Shown here: in pieces, positions 19,542 through 29,749 of the stretch
Numbering within the stretch: position 1 is the stretch's first letter
Layout: each line of letters begins with the position of its first letter
NCBI GenBank assembly: GCA_043821365.1
Contig: JBDRCX010000003.1
Coordinates: 61,727-125,726, forward strand
Length of the DNA: 64,000 nucleotides
DNA from: Candidatus Micrarchaeota archaeon
Lineage (GTDB): Archaea; Micrarchaeota; Micrarchaeia; Anstonellales; Bilamarchaeaceae
Direction: 5' to 3'
The notes under the pieces: generated by a model
What the model saw: the letters and a program-made list of their open reading frames with translations, nothing else
Told to the model about the DNA's origin: nothing
The model's database searches: none
Position numbers and translations under genes: made by a program

Positions 19542-21295
19542 CGATCATAATAGAAGTATTCTCCAGCTGCTCTTTGTTCACTATCAAGTTGGCTGTTTGG
19601 TTTGTTTATTCTTGGTCTTCCACTATCTTTGTCTCTTCTCATTGTTATTCCAGTAACTTTCAGGAAACTATTCATCCCATCTTTTTTGCTGAATGGTTTT
19701 GATGCATGGCCATTTATTGAGCTTTTACCATCAAACACAATCAATCTATTTGCAATTGCATCAACAAAAACTATGTCGTGGTCAACAACAAATGCACTTT
19801 TTTCATTTTCACTAATTACTTTTCTAAGTAATCCTGCAAATTCAAACCGTTGTTCAATATCCAAGAATGCACTTGGCTCGTCAAAAAGATAAATATCTGC
19901 TTTCTGACTTAATGCAAGTGAAAGTGCGACTCTTTGGAGTTCTCCACCGGATAGTTCTGTTAGTTTTTTCTCAAACAACATCCCAACGTTTAATCTTCTC
20001 TTACAGTCCTCCAAAACTGATAGATCAAGGCTTTTTCCTACAAATAATTCATTAACATAAATATCTTCTGCTGTTATGTACTGAGGTTTATACGAAACTT
20101 TAAGTGAAATTTTTTCTCCTTTATCTGCTTTTTCAAGTCCAACTAACATTTTTACAAAAAGTGATTTTCCAAGTGCATTTTTTCCAACCAGTCCCAATAT
20201 CTCTCCTTTTCTAATTTCTCCAGACTCACTTGAAAAGTCAAAACCAGTGAACTTTTTCTTTAAACCTTCGTATTTGAGTAATGTCGGGGTTCTTACTTCA
20301 CCTTCACTATGTCTACTAAACTCAATTTCATGATTTCTAAATCTAACATTTTCATCTTTCAAATATCCTGCAATATATTCGTTTATGCCAGTTCTTACAT
20401 TTTTAACTCCTGAAACAACACCGTAAACATTTTCATCCCCATAAATCACATAAACATAACTACTAACATAATCAAGAATAGTCAGGTCATGTTCAGCCAT
20501 CATAACTCTTTTTTTCTCTGATAACTCTTTGATGATAACTCCGACTCTTAATCTCTCCTCAATATCCAGAAAATTAGTTACTTCATCAAAATAATAAACA
20601 TCTGCATCCTTCATACATGCAACTGCAATTGATACTTTCTGTAATTCTCCCCCTGAAAGTTGCCCAATTTCTCTGTTCAAAATATCATGTATTTTGAATT
20701 TTTCAACAATTTTATCTATCTCTTTTTTATTTACTGTCCCTAATAATTCCAATACTGTTCCTTTGAAGGCACCTCTTACTCTGTCAATATGCTGTGGTTT
20801 TACACTAACCTTAATCTTATCTTTTGTTGTTATGAAATATCTTCTCATTTCTAATGATAGTTTTTCTAGTATTTCTCCTTCAATAAATTCTTTATCAAAC
20901 ACTGCAAAATTCGGTGAGATTTGCCTGGTCAAAAGTTTTATCGCACTTGTTTTTCCAATACCATTCTTTCCTATTATTGAAACTGCTCCACCAAGTGGTA
21001 GCGGTAAACCATAGAGTCTGAATGTGTTTATCCCATACTGGTATATTGGTTCTGAAAGCTCCTGTGCAAGGTTTACAATTGCAATGCAGTCTACAGGGCA
21101 TTTTTTTACACAAAGACCACATCCAATACATATGGATTCAGCTATTGTTGGGAAGTCTGTTTCTTTTTCTACTACTATACATTCATCCCCCATTCTATTA
21201 GGGGGGCATACCTTCGTGCATACGTAGCCACATTTCTTCCTTGTGCATATGTCTCTGTCTATTACTGCTACTCTAGTTACCATAATGCTCCTCAT
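19538..21295 (-). CDS. rli: Ribosome recycling ATPase ABCE1 (Rli1)
   Basis: N-terminal 2x[4Fe-4S] Cys pattern, two ABC domains (GKNGIGKT, GKNALGKS, LSGGELQ twice). Confidence 0.95.
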   Translation of the reverse strand: MRSIMVTRVAVIDRDICTRKKCGYVCTKVCPPNRMGDECIVVEKETDFPTIAESICIGCGLCVKKCPVDCIAIVNLAQELSEPIYQYGINTFRLYGLPLPLGGAVSIIGKNGIGKTSAIKLLTRQISPNFAVFDKEFIEGEILEKLSLEMRRYFITTKDKIKVSVKPQHIDRVRGAFKGTVLELLGTVNKKEIDKIVEKFKIHDILNREIGQLSGGELQKVSIAVACMKDADVYYFDEVTNFLDIEERLRVGVIIKELSEKKRVMMAEHDLTILDYVSSYVYVIYGDENVYGVVSGVKNVRTGINEYIAGYLKDENVRFRNHEIEFSRHSEGEVRTPTLLKYEGLKKKFTGFDFSSESGEIRKGEILGLVGKNALGKSLFVKMLVGLEKADKGEKISLKVSYKPQYITAEDIYVNELFVGKSLDLSVLEDCKRRLNVGMLFEKKLTELSGGELQRVALSLALSQKADIYLFDEPSAFLDIEQRFEFAGLLRKVISENEKSAFVVDHDIVFVDAIANRLIVFDGKSSINGHASKPFSKKDGMNSFLKVTGITMRRDKDSGRPRINKPNSQLDSEQRAAGEYFYYDR

Positions 21296-21475
21296 ATATT
21301 TTCTGTATACTTATATTTTCCATCACTTTTCTTATCAACACACAGACTCATACTAACACTGTGTGGGTCCAAGAATGTATTTTAGATCATATTTATGTTA
21401 TTACTTTTATGGCTAGAAATTATAAAGTTTCTTTGCTTAGAATAATTAGCGGAATATATGTATTTGGGTGAATTT

Positions 21476-21712
21476 ATGTCTAAATCCGTAATAGTTTATG
21501 TGGCAGATTGGTGCCCCTGGTGCCATAGGGTTACTGATTTTCTTAAAAAACACAAAATAAAATTCAAGGAATGCGACGTGGATGATGAAAAATATGCAGA
21601 AGAATGCATGAAAAAAAGCGGTCAAACAAGCATTCCAGTAATTGATATTGATGGTAAAATTCTTGTTGGGTTTGATGAATCAAAAATAAAGGAATTTCTA
21701 AAACTCAAATAA
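21476..21712 (+). CDS. Glutaredoxin/NrdH-like redoxin (paralog of 19311-19541)
   Basis: WCPWC and SGQTSIPVIDI motifs; GGTGA ribosome-binding site before ATG 21476. Confidence 0.85.
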   Translation: MSKSVIVYVADWCPWCHRVTDFLKKHKIKFKECDVDDEKYAEECMKKSGQTSIPVIDIDGKILVGFDESKIKEFLKLK

Positions 21713-22903
21713 TTAGTATTTCTTTGATTTTTTGTGCTGATGGCTAGGTTTTCTAGTGTAAGTTCTTCTTCTTGTGGTTGGCACATCTGAACTTCTTTTG
21801 TATGGGTCATGTCCCTGTCTCATCCATGCAAAATCAGGATGGCTCTCATCCATTCTTTCATCTAATGTTTGTTTTCTTTTTACAAAATTAATTGCTTTGC
21901 CTTCCTGTCCCATCCTTCCAGTTCTACCTATTCTGTGTAGGTGAACTTCTTCATTTTGTGCTTTATCATAATTAACAATCAATCCAAGATTGTCAATATG
22001 CAGTCCACGTGCAGCAACATTTGTGGCAACCAAAACATCTATTCTACCTTCTTTGAAGTCCTGTATTGTTTTGTTTCTCCTTGATTGGGACATATCTCCT
22101 TGCAATGCTCCTGATTTTATTCCCCTTCTCCAAAGTCTTTCCTGGAGTTTCGCAGTGCCCATTTTCGTTTCTCTAAAAATCAGTGTTTTCACTCCCTTAT
22201 GTGAGCTTAATATGTCAATTAGTTTTGAGAACTTATCAATATCAGTTATCTCAACATGTTCTTCCTTTATTGTGTCTGCAGCTTTTATCTCGCCAATCTC
22301 TATGATTTTTGGTTTTTTGACATATTTTGCTGCGATACGCATAATGCTATCATCTAATGTTGCTGATAATAGCATACTAAGTCTTTGTTGAGGTAATTGA
22401 TCCAGAATTTCAGTAACTTCGTCTAAAAATCCCATATCAAGCATTTGGTCTGCTTCATCAAGAACAATAATATCAAATTCATTTATTCTAACTACCCCGC
22501 GTCTGTTCAAATCTAAAAGTCTTCCTGGTGTTGCTATTAATATGTCTGTTCCTGTTCTTAACTGCCTAATCTGTGTTTCTATGCTTTGTCCACCATAAAC
22601 AACATGTATGTGTATTTTGTGTGTTTGCCCTATACTTTGCAGTTCTTTGCATACCTGCACTGCAAGTTCTCGGGTTGGTGTAAGTATCAATGCTTTTTTT
22701 GATTGTTTACTATCTATCCTTTCAATTATTCCAATTCCAAATGCAGCTGTTTTCCCAGTTCCAGTCTGACTTCTTACCACAAGATTATGTCCTGCAATTA
22801 TTTCTGGTATTGCTTTTTGTTGCACTTCTGTTGGTTCTTTGTAATCTATTTTATCTAATGCTAATAAGGTTTTTTCACTCAAACCTAGAATTCTAAAGTC
22901 CAT
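21713..22903 (-). CDS. DEAD-box RNA helicase
   Basis: Q motif PTEVQ, TGTGKT, PTRELA, DEAD, SAT, ARGL, HRIGRTGR. Confidence 0.95.
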   Translation of the reverse strand: MDFRILGLSEKTLLALDKIDYKEPTEVQQKAIPEIIAGHNLVVRSQTGTGKTAAFGIGIIERIDSKQSKKALILTPTRELAVQVCKELQSIGQTHKIHIHVVYGGQSIETQIRQLRTGTDILIATPGRLLDLNRRGVVRINEFDIIVLDEADQMLDMGFLDEVTEILDQLPQQRLSMLLSATLDDSIMRIAAKYVKKPKIIEIGEIKAADTIKEEHVEITDIDKFSKLIDILSSHKGVKTLIFRETKMGTAKLQERLWRRGIKSGALQGDMSQSRRNKTIQDFKEGRIDVLVATNVAARGLHIDNLGLIVNYDKAQNEEVHLHRIGRTGRMGQEGKAINFVKRKQTLDERMDESHPDFAWMRQGHDPYKRSSDVPTTRRRTYTRKPSHQHKKSKKY

Positions 22904-22907
22904 CTTT

Positions 22908-23090
22908 TTATCTCCTTGATTTTTCTTTTGCCAGTTTTCTTATCCAAACCCTGGTTGTTCCACAAATAGGATACTCTTTATCAATATTTGATATTGATTT
23001 TATCTTTGGAAGTTTTTTTAACTTCTTCTTTTTCATACTAATAAAAATAAATAAAGAAATAAAATCATTGTGGTAGGGCTGGTGGACCAC
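22908..23090 (-). CDS. Small Lys/Arg-rich hypothetical protein (true start probably at MKKKKLKK)
   Basis: ORF fills the gap between same-strand genes; no recognised motif. Confidence 0.35.
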   Translation of the reverse strand: MVHQPYHNDFISLFIFISMKKKKLKKLPKIKSISNIDKEYPICGTTRVWIRKLAKEKSRR

Positions 23091-23268
23091 TATTTGATGT
23101 TATTTCCTGTTCTTCACCAGGTAGTGGGGGTGGAAGATCACTATCATACGGAGCCACACTTATTGTATTGTTAGTTGCGTTCCTCTTCTGCACATCCCAT
23201 TCTGGTAAAATACATCCAAAAAATAAAAATAAAAAAATTAAACCTGCTATAATTAATTTCATAGACAC
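23065..23268 (-). CDS. Small lipoprotein with Pro-rich motifs
   Basis: Lipobox-like LFFGC; LPPPLP and PPALP motifs. Confidence 0.6.
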   Translation of the reverse strand: MSMKLIIAGLIFLFLFFGCILPEWDVQKRNATNNTISVAPYDSDLPPPLPGEEQEITSNSGPPALPQ

Positions 23269-23271
23269 ACC

Positions 23272-25380
23272 TTAGCTTGGTAATGAAGGTGGCATTGATG
23301 ATGCACCTAGTGTACACGCATCTGCTACCTTAACAAAGTATCCTTCGCCAGGTCTTATAGCTGTTGCTTTTTCCCATTGCCATGCTGTGGTATTGAATTT
23401 CCATGGGCCACTTACCACATTACAATCGCCTACAAAATCACTCCAGCTAGTGGATGTATAGGCTCCACCAAACCCAACCCAACCTGCGGATACTGCCCAT
23501 CCATTTGTGTATTCCATTTTAGATGAACCAGTAAATGTTATTTTGCATGGTTCTGTTGTTTTTACCCACATTGCATTTGGCACTGGAACAACATCACCAA
23601 CATCAACTCCATATCCGCTTGTTACGTATGACCTGTAAGCTTGGTCATGTACATACACTTGAGATATGTCACAAGTTGTAGCAGTAACAACAGCTTCAGA
23701 CCTTGAACTGCTACTTCCCATCACTGGCGATGATATCAGGTTCCATCCTGTTTGCAATGTAATCGAGTATGTATAATTATATTCTTCTGGTAAGGTTGGT
23801 ATCCCAGCATCTTCATCTTGGTATGGTGTGCTTAATGAACTTGCACATGATGCTTCACCATTGCTTTCCATGATAGTTGTACTATCTAAGAAATTTATCT
23901 GGCATAATGCATTAGTGTTGCCAAAATGTTTGTATGGTGGTGAACTAAAAGTCCAGCTTGTTGCGGCATTGGCATTTGTTTGATATTTAAATCCAACAAA
24001 ATCAACTATTTCACCATATTCAACAGTGAATGAAGCCCCATTGTCTTCAGTTGCTTGTTTTGTTTCTAGCAGTGTACCTTTGTATTGTCCATTGACAACT
24101 GCAACTGAGTACATATTCACCCAACCATCAATATTTGTGGTTAATGAATAATCTTCACTATCTGGGTAGTTGTTTACAGCAACCTCAAATGTTACTGGTA
24201 ATGTATCTATTTGCCAATTTGGAGTCATTCCATCAGCTATACAAGCCCCATTAGAACATCCATAACCTGATGGACAAGTTTCATAACTCACATCCCATTG
24301 ATCACCATTACAAGTTATTTCAGCTACAGTGCTCAAATCTTTACAATAATCGCTTGCAGAAGCAAACAAAGTGCCGTTACTGTAATAGATATAATTTGTT
24401 CCTGCATTGTATCTATCTTTTCCTTGATCTGTCTCTTTACAATATTTGGATATTGTTTCTGTTTCTTCTATACATGCACCATCTGAACATTCATATCCAG
24501 AAGGACACAATACAGTTGTTGTATATCCAACATCTCCACTGCACCATGTTTCTATTAGGTAGTCTCCGCTACAATAATCAGTTGCGGTTACTCCATTTAC
24601 AGTGCGTGTACCTTTTGTATAGATATTGTATGCACCATTTGTTTCATCGGTGCTTGTACAATCATATTCCGAATCTTCTCCACTATTTTCTTCTTCAATA
24701 TCTACATTATACAAAATTTCTACACAATCAGAATCCAGACTATATAGTGTAATTGTGATATTGACATCGTTACCAGTGTAGATATGAGTTGTTCCATCTA
24801 TGTTCAAAGTAGGATCCCAAACTGAAGGTGAGAAACTTAATTCTGCCTTGTCGATTGGTGTGGCTGGTTTAATTATGTTGTCCAAAGTTACTGTATACCC
24901 ATTGTCAGTTAAACTTTCATCAATGCATAATTCTTTTCCACCATGTGTTGGTCCATTATTTTCACTATCATATAATTTGTAGAGTATCAATAATGGTGTT
25001 GAGCTGTAAGAACATTCACTTGTAGAAACTTTACAAAGTGCGTAGATACTGCCATTTTTACTAATGGTGAAAGTAGGTACGCCCTTCCCTTCAAGCTCCT
25101 GTAGGAAACCATATTTTCCACCGAGTGCACCTGTTGCTGCAGTGGTTATATAGAACGATTCATCTAGTTCTGGGTATACTATTGCTCCTGCAGTAGTGGT
25201 TGTATCAGAATCTAGAATAACACCTGTTGATGGGTCTTTCATATAAACATCAACATTTGAAACAGAAGGGGTGCCATACCCTGCTGGTCCATTGTTGACT
25301 GCAATAACAGTCAAAGGTGCTGTTTCAGCAAATGCCAATCCTAAAATCAGCATCATGATCATCAAATTCATTATTTTCAT
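23272..25380 (-). CDS. Secreted/S-layer-like protein with two Cys-rich repeats and GWNLIS-type C-terminal domain
   Basis: Signal peptide; two C-x-x-T-D...D-Y-C...C-PSGY-x-C-S-x-GAC modules; LQTGWNLISSP; ends MPPSLPS. Confidence 0.75.
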   Translation of the reverse strand: MKIMNLMIMMLILGLAFAETAPLTVIAVNNGPAGYGTPSVSNVDVYMKDPSTGVILDSDTTTTAGAIVYPELDESFYITTAATGALGGKYGFLQELEGKGVPTFTISKNGSIYALCKVSTSECSYSSTPLLILYKLYDSENNGPTHGGKELCIDESLTDNGYTVTLDNIIKPATPIDKAELSFSPSVWDPTLNIDGTTHIYTGNDVNITITLYSLDSDCVEILYNVDIEEENSGEDSEYDCTSTDETNGAYNIYTKGTRTVNGVTATDYCSGDYLIETWCSGDVGYTTTVLCPSGYECSDGACIEETETISKYCKETDQGKDRYNAGTNYIYYSNGTLFASASDYCKDLSTVAEITCNGDQWDVSYETCPSGYGCSNGACIADGMTPNWQIDTLPVTFEVAVNNYPDSEDYSLTTNIDGWVNMYSVAVVNGQYKGTLLETKQATEDNGASFTVEYGEIVDFVGFKYQTNANAATSWTFSSPPYKHFGNTNALCQINFLDSTTIMESNGEASCASSLSTPYQDEDAGIPTLPEEYNYTYSITLQTGWNLISSPVMGSSSSRSEAVVTATTCDISQVYVHDQAYRSYVTSGYGVDVGDVVPVPNAMWVKTTEPCKITFTGSSKMEYTNGWAVSAGWVGFGGAYTSTSWSDFVGDCNVVSGPWKFNTTAWQWEKATAIRPGEGYFVKVADACTLGASSMPPSLPS

Positions 25381-25487
25381 TTTTTCACCAGCAATATTCC
25401 TGTTTTCTTTCTTTAAAAATAAACTGTTCGAAAGCTTTAGCTAAACCTTTCGATAGTATTTAAAATATCCTTTTCTATTCGTAACAC

Positions 25488-26183
25488 ATGCGCTTATTAG
25501 TGCTTTTTATGCTGTGTCTTACTTTACTACATTCTACCACTATTTCTGGTAAAATCTATGATGCAGATAACATGAAACCGCTTAATAATACCATAATTAC
25601 AGTTGAAAATTCTGATAATAATGTTGTGTTACAACAGGTTTGCGATAGTCCCTATAATGTAGAAATTGAAACTGGGAATTACACTTTCAGAGCATACTAT
25701 TTTGATAATGGTTCCTTGAAGTATTATTCAGATTACAACATCCAAGTGAATCAGAATAATATGCAACTTGACCTCATACTTATGCCATATGAACTTCTAT
25801 CTTTATCTCCTGGTTTTAATCCACCACCAGCAGTTAATCCTTCAAATACTGTGAACAATTCAAATCCAAACGATCAAACTATTGTTGATTATTCTCTCTA
25901 CATCATTGTTCTTGCTATTGTTATTGTATTTACATTGGCATGGTTCTTCTTACGTAAAACTCCAGTTACTTCTCTTGAACCAGAATTAGATGATGATTGT
26001 ATTAAAGTTTTGAAAATACTTGGAGAAAATGAGGGTAGAATGGTGCAAAAAGAACTTAGAGAGATACTTAAGTTTTCAGAGACCAAAATGAGCATTATAA
26101 TAACTGAATTAGAAGTATCCGGATATATCAAGAAAATTAAAAAAGGTAGAGGCAATGTTCTTAAGCTGGTGAAACAATGCTAA
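25488..26183 (+). CDS. Membrane protein with extracellular Ig-like domain and cytoplasmic winged-helix domain
   Basis: Signal peptide, beta-rich domain, one TM, then QKELREILKFSETKMSIIITELEVSGYIKKIKKGR wHTH. Confidence 0.75.
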   Translation: MRLLVLFMLCLTLLHSTTISGKIYDADNMKPLNNTIITVENSDNNVVLQQVCDSPYNVEIETGNYTFRAYYFDNGSLKYYSDYNIQVNQNNMQLDLILMPYELLSLSPGFNPPPAVNPSNTVNNSNPNDQTIVDYSLYIIVLAIVIVFTLAWFFLRKTPVTSLEPELDDDCIKVLKILGENEGRMVQKELREILKFSETKMSIIITELEVSGYIKKIKKGRGNVLKLVKQC

Positions 26184-26785
26184 AACAAAATAAGAAACTA
26201 AAAACAACCCAAAGTTCATTTGGTAGTTTTTTTGCTAGGTTTCCATTATCACCAAACCAATGGACATTATTATCCCTAATCATTGCGTTGATAGCTGGTT
26301 TTGCAATTGCCTTTCTACATGATCTTATTGCCGGTCTTATGCTCTTTGTTTTGGCTGCGGGGGTTGATGCAATTGATGGTGCAGTTGCACGTGCCAAAAA
26401 ACAAGTTAGTAAAATTGGTGGTTTTTTAGATGGCGTAATAGACAGATTTGTTGAAGCAATTTTTCTTTTTTCATTTATGTTCTATCAACTACCAACTATC
26501 TATGTGGATACAAAAATTTGGCTTTCTGCTGTTATTTTTCTTGGTGCATGTATGCCATCATTTATTCGGGCATATGCTGATCATAAAGGAGTTTTGTCAA
26601 CAGAGAAGGCATTGAAATTAGGAGGAATTTGTGAAAGAATCGAACGTTTGATGATCTTAATTATCGGGCTTGTTGTTGGTATCTTTTACAATATGGATTT
26701 CTTTATCTATTCACTTATCCTAGTTGTTGCTCTGTCGCTAATAACAATCATCCAACGAATTGTTAGTGTTGTTAACCAAAAGTAA
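26177..26785 (+). CDS. CDP-alcohol phosphatidyltransferase (archaetidylinositol-phosphate synthase-like)
   Basis: DAIDGAVARAKKQVSKIGGFLDGVIDRF matches D-x2-DG-x2-AR-x8-G-x3-D-x3-D. Confidence 0.9.
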   Translation: MLKQNKKLKTTQSSFGSFFARFPLSPNQWTLLSLIIALIAGFAIAFLHDLIAGLMLFVLAAGVDAIDGAVARAKKQVSKIGGFLDGVIDRFVEAIFLFSFMFYQLPTIYVDTKIWLSAVIFLGACMPSFIRAYADHKGVLSTEKALKLGGICERIERLMILIIGLVVGIFYNMDFFIYSLILVVALSLITIIQRIVSVVNQK

Positions 26786-27656
26786 ATGCATAAACTCTTA
26801 CTTTTTTATTGAAAATTAGTTCCAGTTCCCTCTCTGCATATTTTTTATTTTTGAAAATATTATACATATTTGCTGTGTCATTTTTTATTTTCTTAATTCT
26901 CTTCTTATTTACAAATATGTCTAAGGTGGCTTTCTTTTCTAGTGGAACAACTACGATGTTGACTTCTCTTGCATTAAATACATAACTAATTTTTCCTGGT
27001 GTTTTTTCAAGTTCTAAGTAATCTTTTTCCTGTATCCATTGTCCATGTGGGTATATTACCCCAGGTTCTTTTTCAGATGGTTCAATATATATGTTACATC
27101 CATCCTCTCCACAAACCAACCCAGATCCAAGACCAGTATTTCTTTCATATCCTACATATGTTTCAGGGGTTTGATCAAACATATATCCTGCATATTTTTC
27201 TTTTTTTATTTTTGTTTTGATTCCCAGTGCTTCTTGGATTCGTTGCTCTATTTTTTCATAATCTCCTTCGCCAAAATGCACATAATCAACATAACCCTCT
27301 TTAGTTATCAAAAATTTAGCTGGCCAATAATGATTGTCAAATGAATTCCACGTTTCTCTATCATTATCGAGAGCAATTGGGTATTTTATCTTAAGAGCAT
27401 CAACCTGAGCTTGGACATTTTTTACTTCTTTTTCAAAATCAAATTCTGGTGTATGAACACCTATTATTTCAAGACCTTTTTTTGAATACTTTTTGTGCCA
27501 TTCTTTAAGGTATGGTAAAGTCCTCAAACAATTGATGCAAGTGTAGGTCCAAAAATCAACTAAAACTACCTTTCCCTTAAGATCACTTATCCTGAGAGCT
27601 TTAGAATTGAGCCATGTTTTAATTCCCTTTATTTCTGGTGCCCTTACTTCAAACAT
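26772..27656 (-). CDS. Thioredoxin-like protein with DipZ-type C-terminal domain
   Basis: VDFWTYTCINC, GVHTPEF, NHYWP, TPETY, YAFTFG. Confidence 0.85.
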   Translation of the reverse strand: MFEVRAPEIKGIKTWLNSKALRISDLKGKVVLVDFWTYTCINCLRTLPYLKEWHKKYSKKGLEIIGVHTPEFDFEKEVKNVQAQVDALKIKYPIALDNDRETWNSFDNHYWPAKFLITKEGYVDYVHFGEGDYEKIEQRIQEALGIKTKIKKEKYAGYMFDQTPETYVGYERNTGLGSGLVCGEDGCNIYIEPSEKEPGVIYPHGQWIQEKDYLELEKTPGKISYVFNAREVNIVVVPLEKKATLDIFVNKKRIKKIKNDTANMYNIFKNKKYAERELELIFNKKVRVYAFTFG

Positions 27657-27707
27657 AATCTATCTTCCATTCCAAAGGTTTAAAGCATTTTTCTGGGTTT
27701 CCAATTT

Positions 27708-29006
27708 ATGGCACCAAAAATAGACTGGTATGATGAATTTATTGATTTTAAGCATAAACCTGCAAAAGACGATCTTGTTTGCTTATTTTATTTTGAGCCA
27801 GATAAAGGCATATCAAAAAAAGAAGCAATAGGTAGAATTGCGTCTGAAAGTTCAACTGGAACTTGGACAACACTTTTCAAATTACCTCCACGTATGCGTA
27901 AGCTTCAAGCAACTGGATATGAAGTTTCTGGGAATTATGTGAAAATTGCATACCCACTTGATTTATGGGATGAAGGAAATGCCCCACAGCTTCTTAGTGG
28001 AATTGCAGGGAACATTTTTGGCATGAAAGCAGTCAAGAATCTGAGATTGATTGATGTGTCATTGCCAAAAGCTTATATTAAGCATTTCAAAGGACCACAC
28101 CATGGTATGGATGCAATAAGAAAGATGATGAAGGTTTACAAGCGTCCTTTAACTGGTGCAGTACCAAAGCCAAAAATTGGATTCAGTGCAGCAGAGCATA
28201 CTGATATTGGATTTGAAACCTGGATGGGTGGATTTGATTTTGTTAAAGATGATGAGAACCTCACTTCAACATCATTCAATCGCTTTGAAGAAAGAGTAAA
28301 ATTAATGGCAAAAATGCGTGAAAAAGCAGAAAAATTAACTGGTGATAAAAAATCAGCATTTCTCAATGTCACTGGCGACATAGAAACCATGAAAAAAAGA
28401 GTAGATCTACTTGCTGAATATGGGTGGAATTATTGTATGCTTGATGTTGTGGTTATAGGTGCTGCCGGAGTCATGACCATGCGAGATTATTGTTCTGATT
28501 ATGGAATTGCAATACATGCCCACCGTGCAATGCATGCTTCCTTTGACAGAAATCCAAAGCATGGTATGACAATGCAGTTTTTGGCCAAAATGATGCGATT
28601 GATCGGTGTTAGCCAAATCCATACAGGTACTGCTGTTGGTAAATTAGTTGGGAGTAAAAAAGAAGTTACTGCATTGGCAGATGTTTTACGTGAAAAAAAT
28701 GTTAAACCATTAAAAGAAACATTATTAGCCCAGGATTGGGGCCATATAAAAAGTGCATTTCCAGTTTCATCTGGTGGTCTTCATCCGGGTCTTGTACCTG
28801 ATGTTCTGAAGATTTACGGCATTGATCTTGTTTTATTAGTGAGTGGTGGTATTCATGGCCATCCAAAAGGAACACGGGCAGGTGCTAAAGCTTCTATGCA
28901 AGCTGTTGATGCATATTTAGCTAAAGAATCCCTAGAAGAAAAAGCAAAAACTTCTCCAGAACTTGCTCAAGCATTAGAAAAATGGGGGCATTACAAACCA
29001 AAGTGA
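27708..29006 (+). CDS. rbcL: RuBisCO large subunit, archaeal form III type
   Basis: AASES-like SESSTGTWT, KPKIG, GFDFVKDDEN carbamylation motif, HRAMH, HTGTAVGKL, SSGG, SGGIHGHP. Confidence 0.95.
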   Translation: MAPKIDWYDEFIDFKHKPAKDDLVCLFYFEPDKGISKKEAIGRIASESSTGTWTTLFKLPPRMRKLQATGYEVSGNYVKIAYPLDLWDEGNAPQLLSGIAGNIFGMKAVKNLRLIDVSLPKAYIKHFKGPHHGMDAIRKMMKVYKRPLTGAVPKPKIGFSAAEHTDIGFETWMGGFDFVKDDENLTSTSFNRFEERVKLMAKMREKAEKLTGDKKSAFLNVTGDIETMKKRVDLLAEYGWNYCMLDVVVIGAAGVMTMRDYCSDYGIAIHAHRAMHASFDRNPKHGMTMQFLAKMMRLIGVSQIHTGTAVGKLVGSKKEVTALADVLREKNVKPLKETLLAQDWGHIKSAFPVSSGGLHPGLVPDVLKIYGIDLVLLVSGGIHGHPKGTRAGAKASMQAVDAYLAKESLEEKAKTSPELAQALEKWGHYKPK

Positions 29007-29023
29007 TTTTTTTGCCAAATATT

Positions 29024-29206
29024 ATGTTTTGTCCAAGATGTAAAAAACCAACAAAGGCAAAAGATTATCTTGCAAATTTAGCAGTTGTTGCAGTTCTTGA
29101 ATCAGTACTACCTACAATTAGTTGCAAATGTGGTTATCGTGGGTTACCTGTTCAATTACCACTGAGTGATTATAAAAATCTCATTAAAAAATCAAAGAAA
29201 TCCTAA
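29024..29206 (+). CDS. Small zinc-ribbon protein
   Basis: MFCPRC...CKCGYRG; ATG 29024. Confidence 0.65.
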   Translation: MFCPRCKKPTKAKDYLANLAVVAVLESVLPTISCKCGYRGLPVQLPLSDYKNLIKKSKKS

Positions 29207-29743
29207 GTGTTCTAGGAGTATCCTAAGACCTATGAATATTAGTATTATTCCCCCAAGAATCTCAACTTTACCTCCTAACACCTCTCCGAATTTTTTGCCA
29301 AGTTTACAACCAATTAGAGAAACAACAAATGTTATGACTCCAATTATGGCTGCAGCTTCCAATATATTTACTTTAAGAAAAGAGAATGTCAATCCAATTG
29401 CAAATGCATCAATACTTGTTGCAATGGCAAGTATGAACAACGTTTTTTGATCAGTATGACTGTCTTTTTTTACAACTTTTGATTCGTAAACCATCTTACC
29501 TCCAACAAAACACAAAAGAAAAAATGCTACCCAATGATCTATGCCAGAAACAAAATCTATAAGCCTGGTTCCTATAGAATATCCAAAAATTGGCATCAAT
29601 CCTTGGAAAAAACCAAAATAGGTTGCCATAGTTAATGATGTTTTCATTGTGATTTTTTTATTTGCCATTGACCGTGCTACTGCAACTGTAAAAGAATCAG
29701 CTGCCAGTCCAAAGGCAATTAAAATTATTATAAAATAATCCAC
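29192..29743 (-). CDS. mntP: Manganese efflux pump MntP
   Basis: GLAADSFTVA, FQGLMP, IDHWVAF, LAIATSIDA, GGIILIFIG. Confidence 0.9.
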   Translation of the reverse strand: MDYFIIILIAFGLAADSFTVAVARSMANKKITMKTSLTMATYFGFFQGLMPIFGYSIGTRLIDFVSGIDHWVAFFLLCFVGGKMVYESKVVKKDSHTDQKTLFILAIATSIDAFAIGLTFSFLKVNILEAAAIIGVITFVVSLIGCKLGKKFGEVLGGKVEILGGIILIFIGLRILLEHLGFL

Positions 29744-29749
29744 AAAGCA

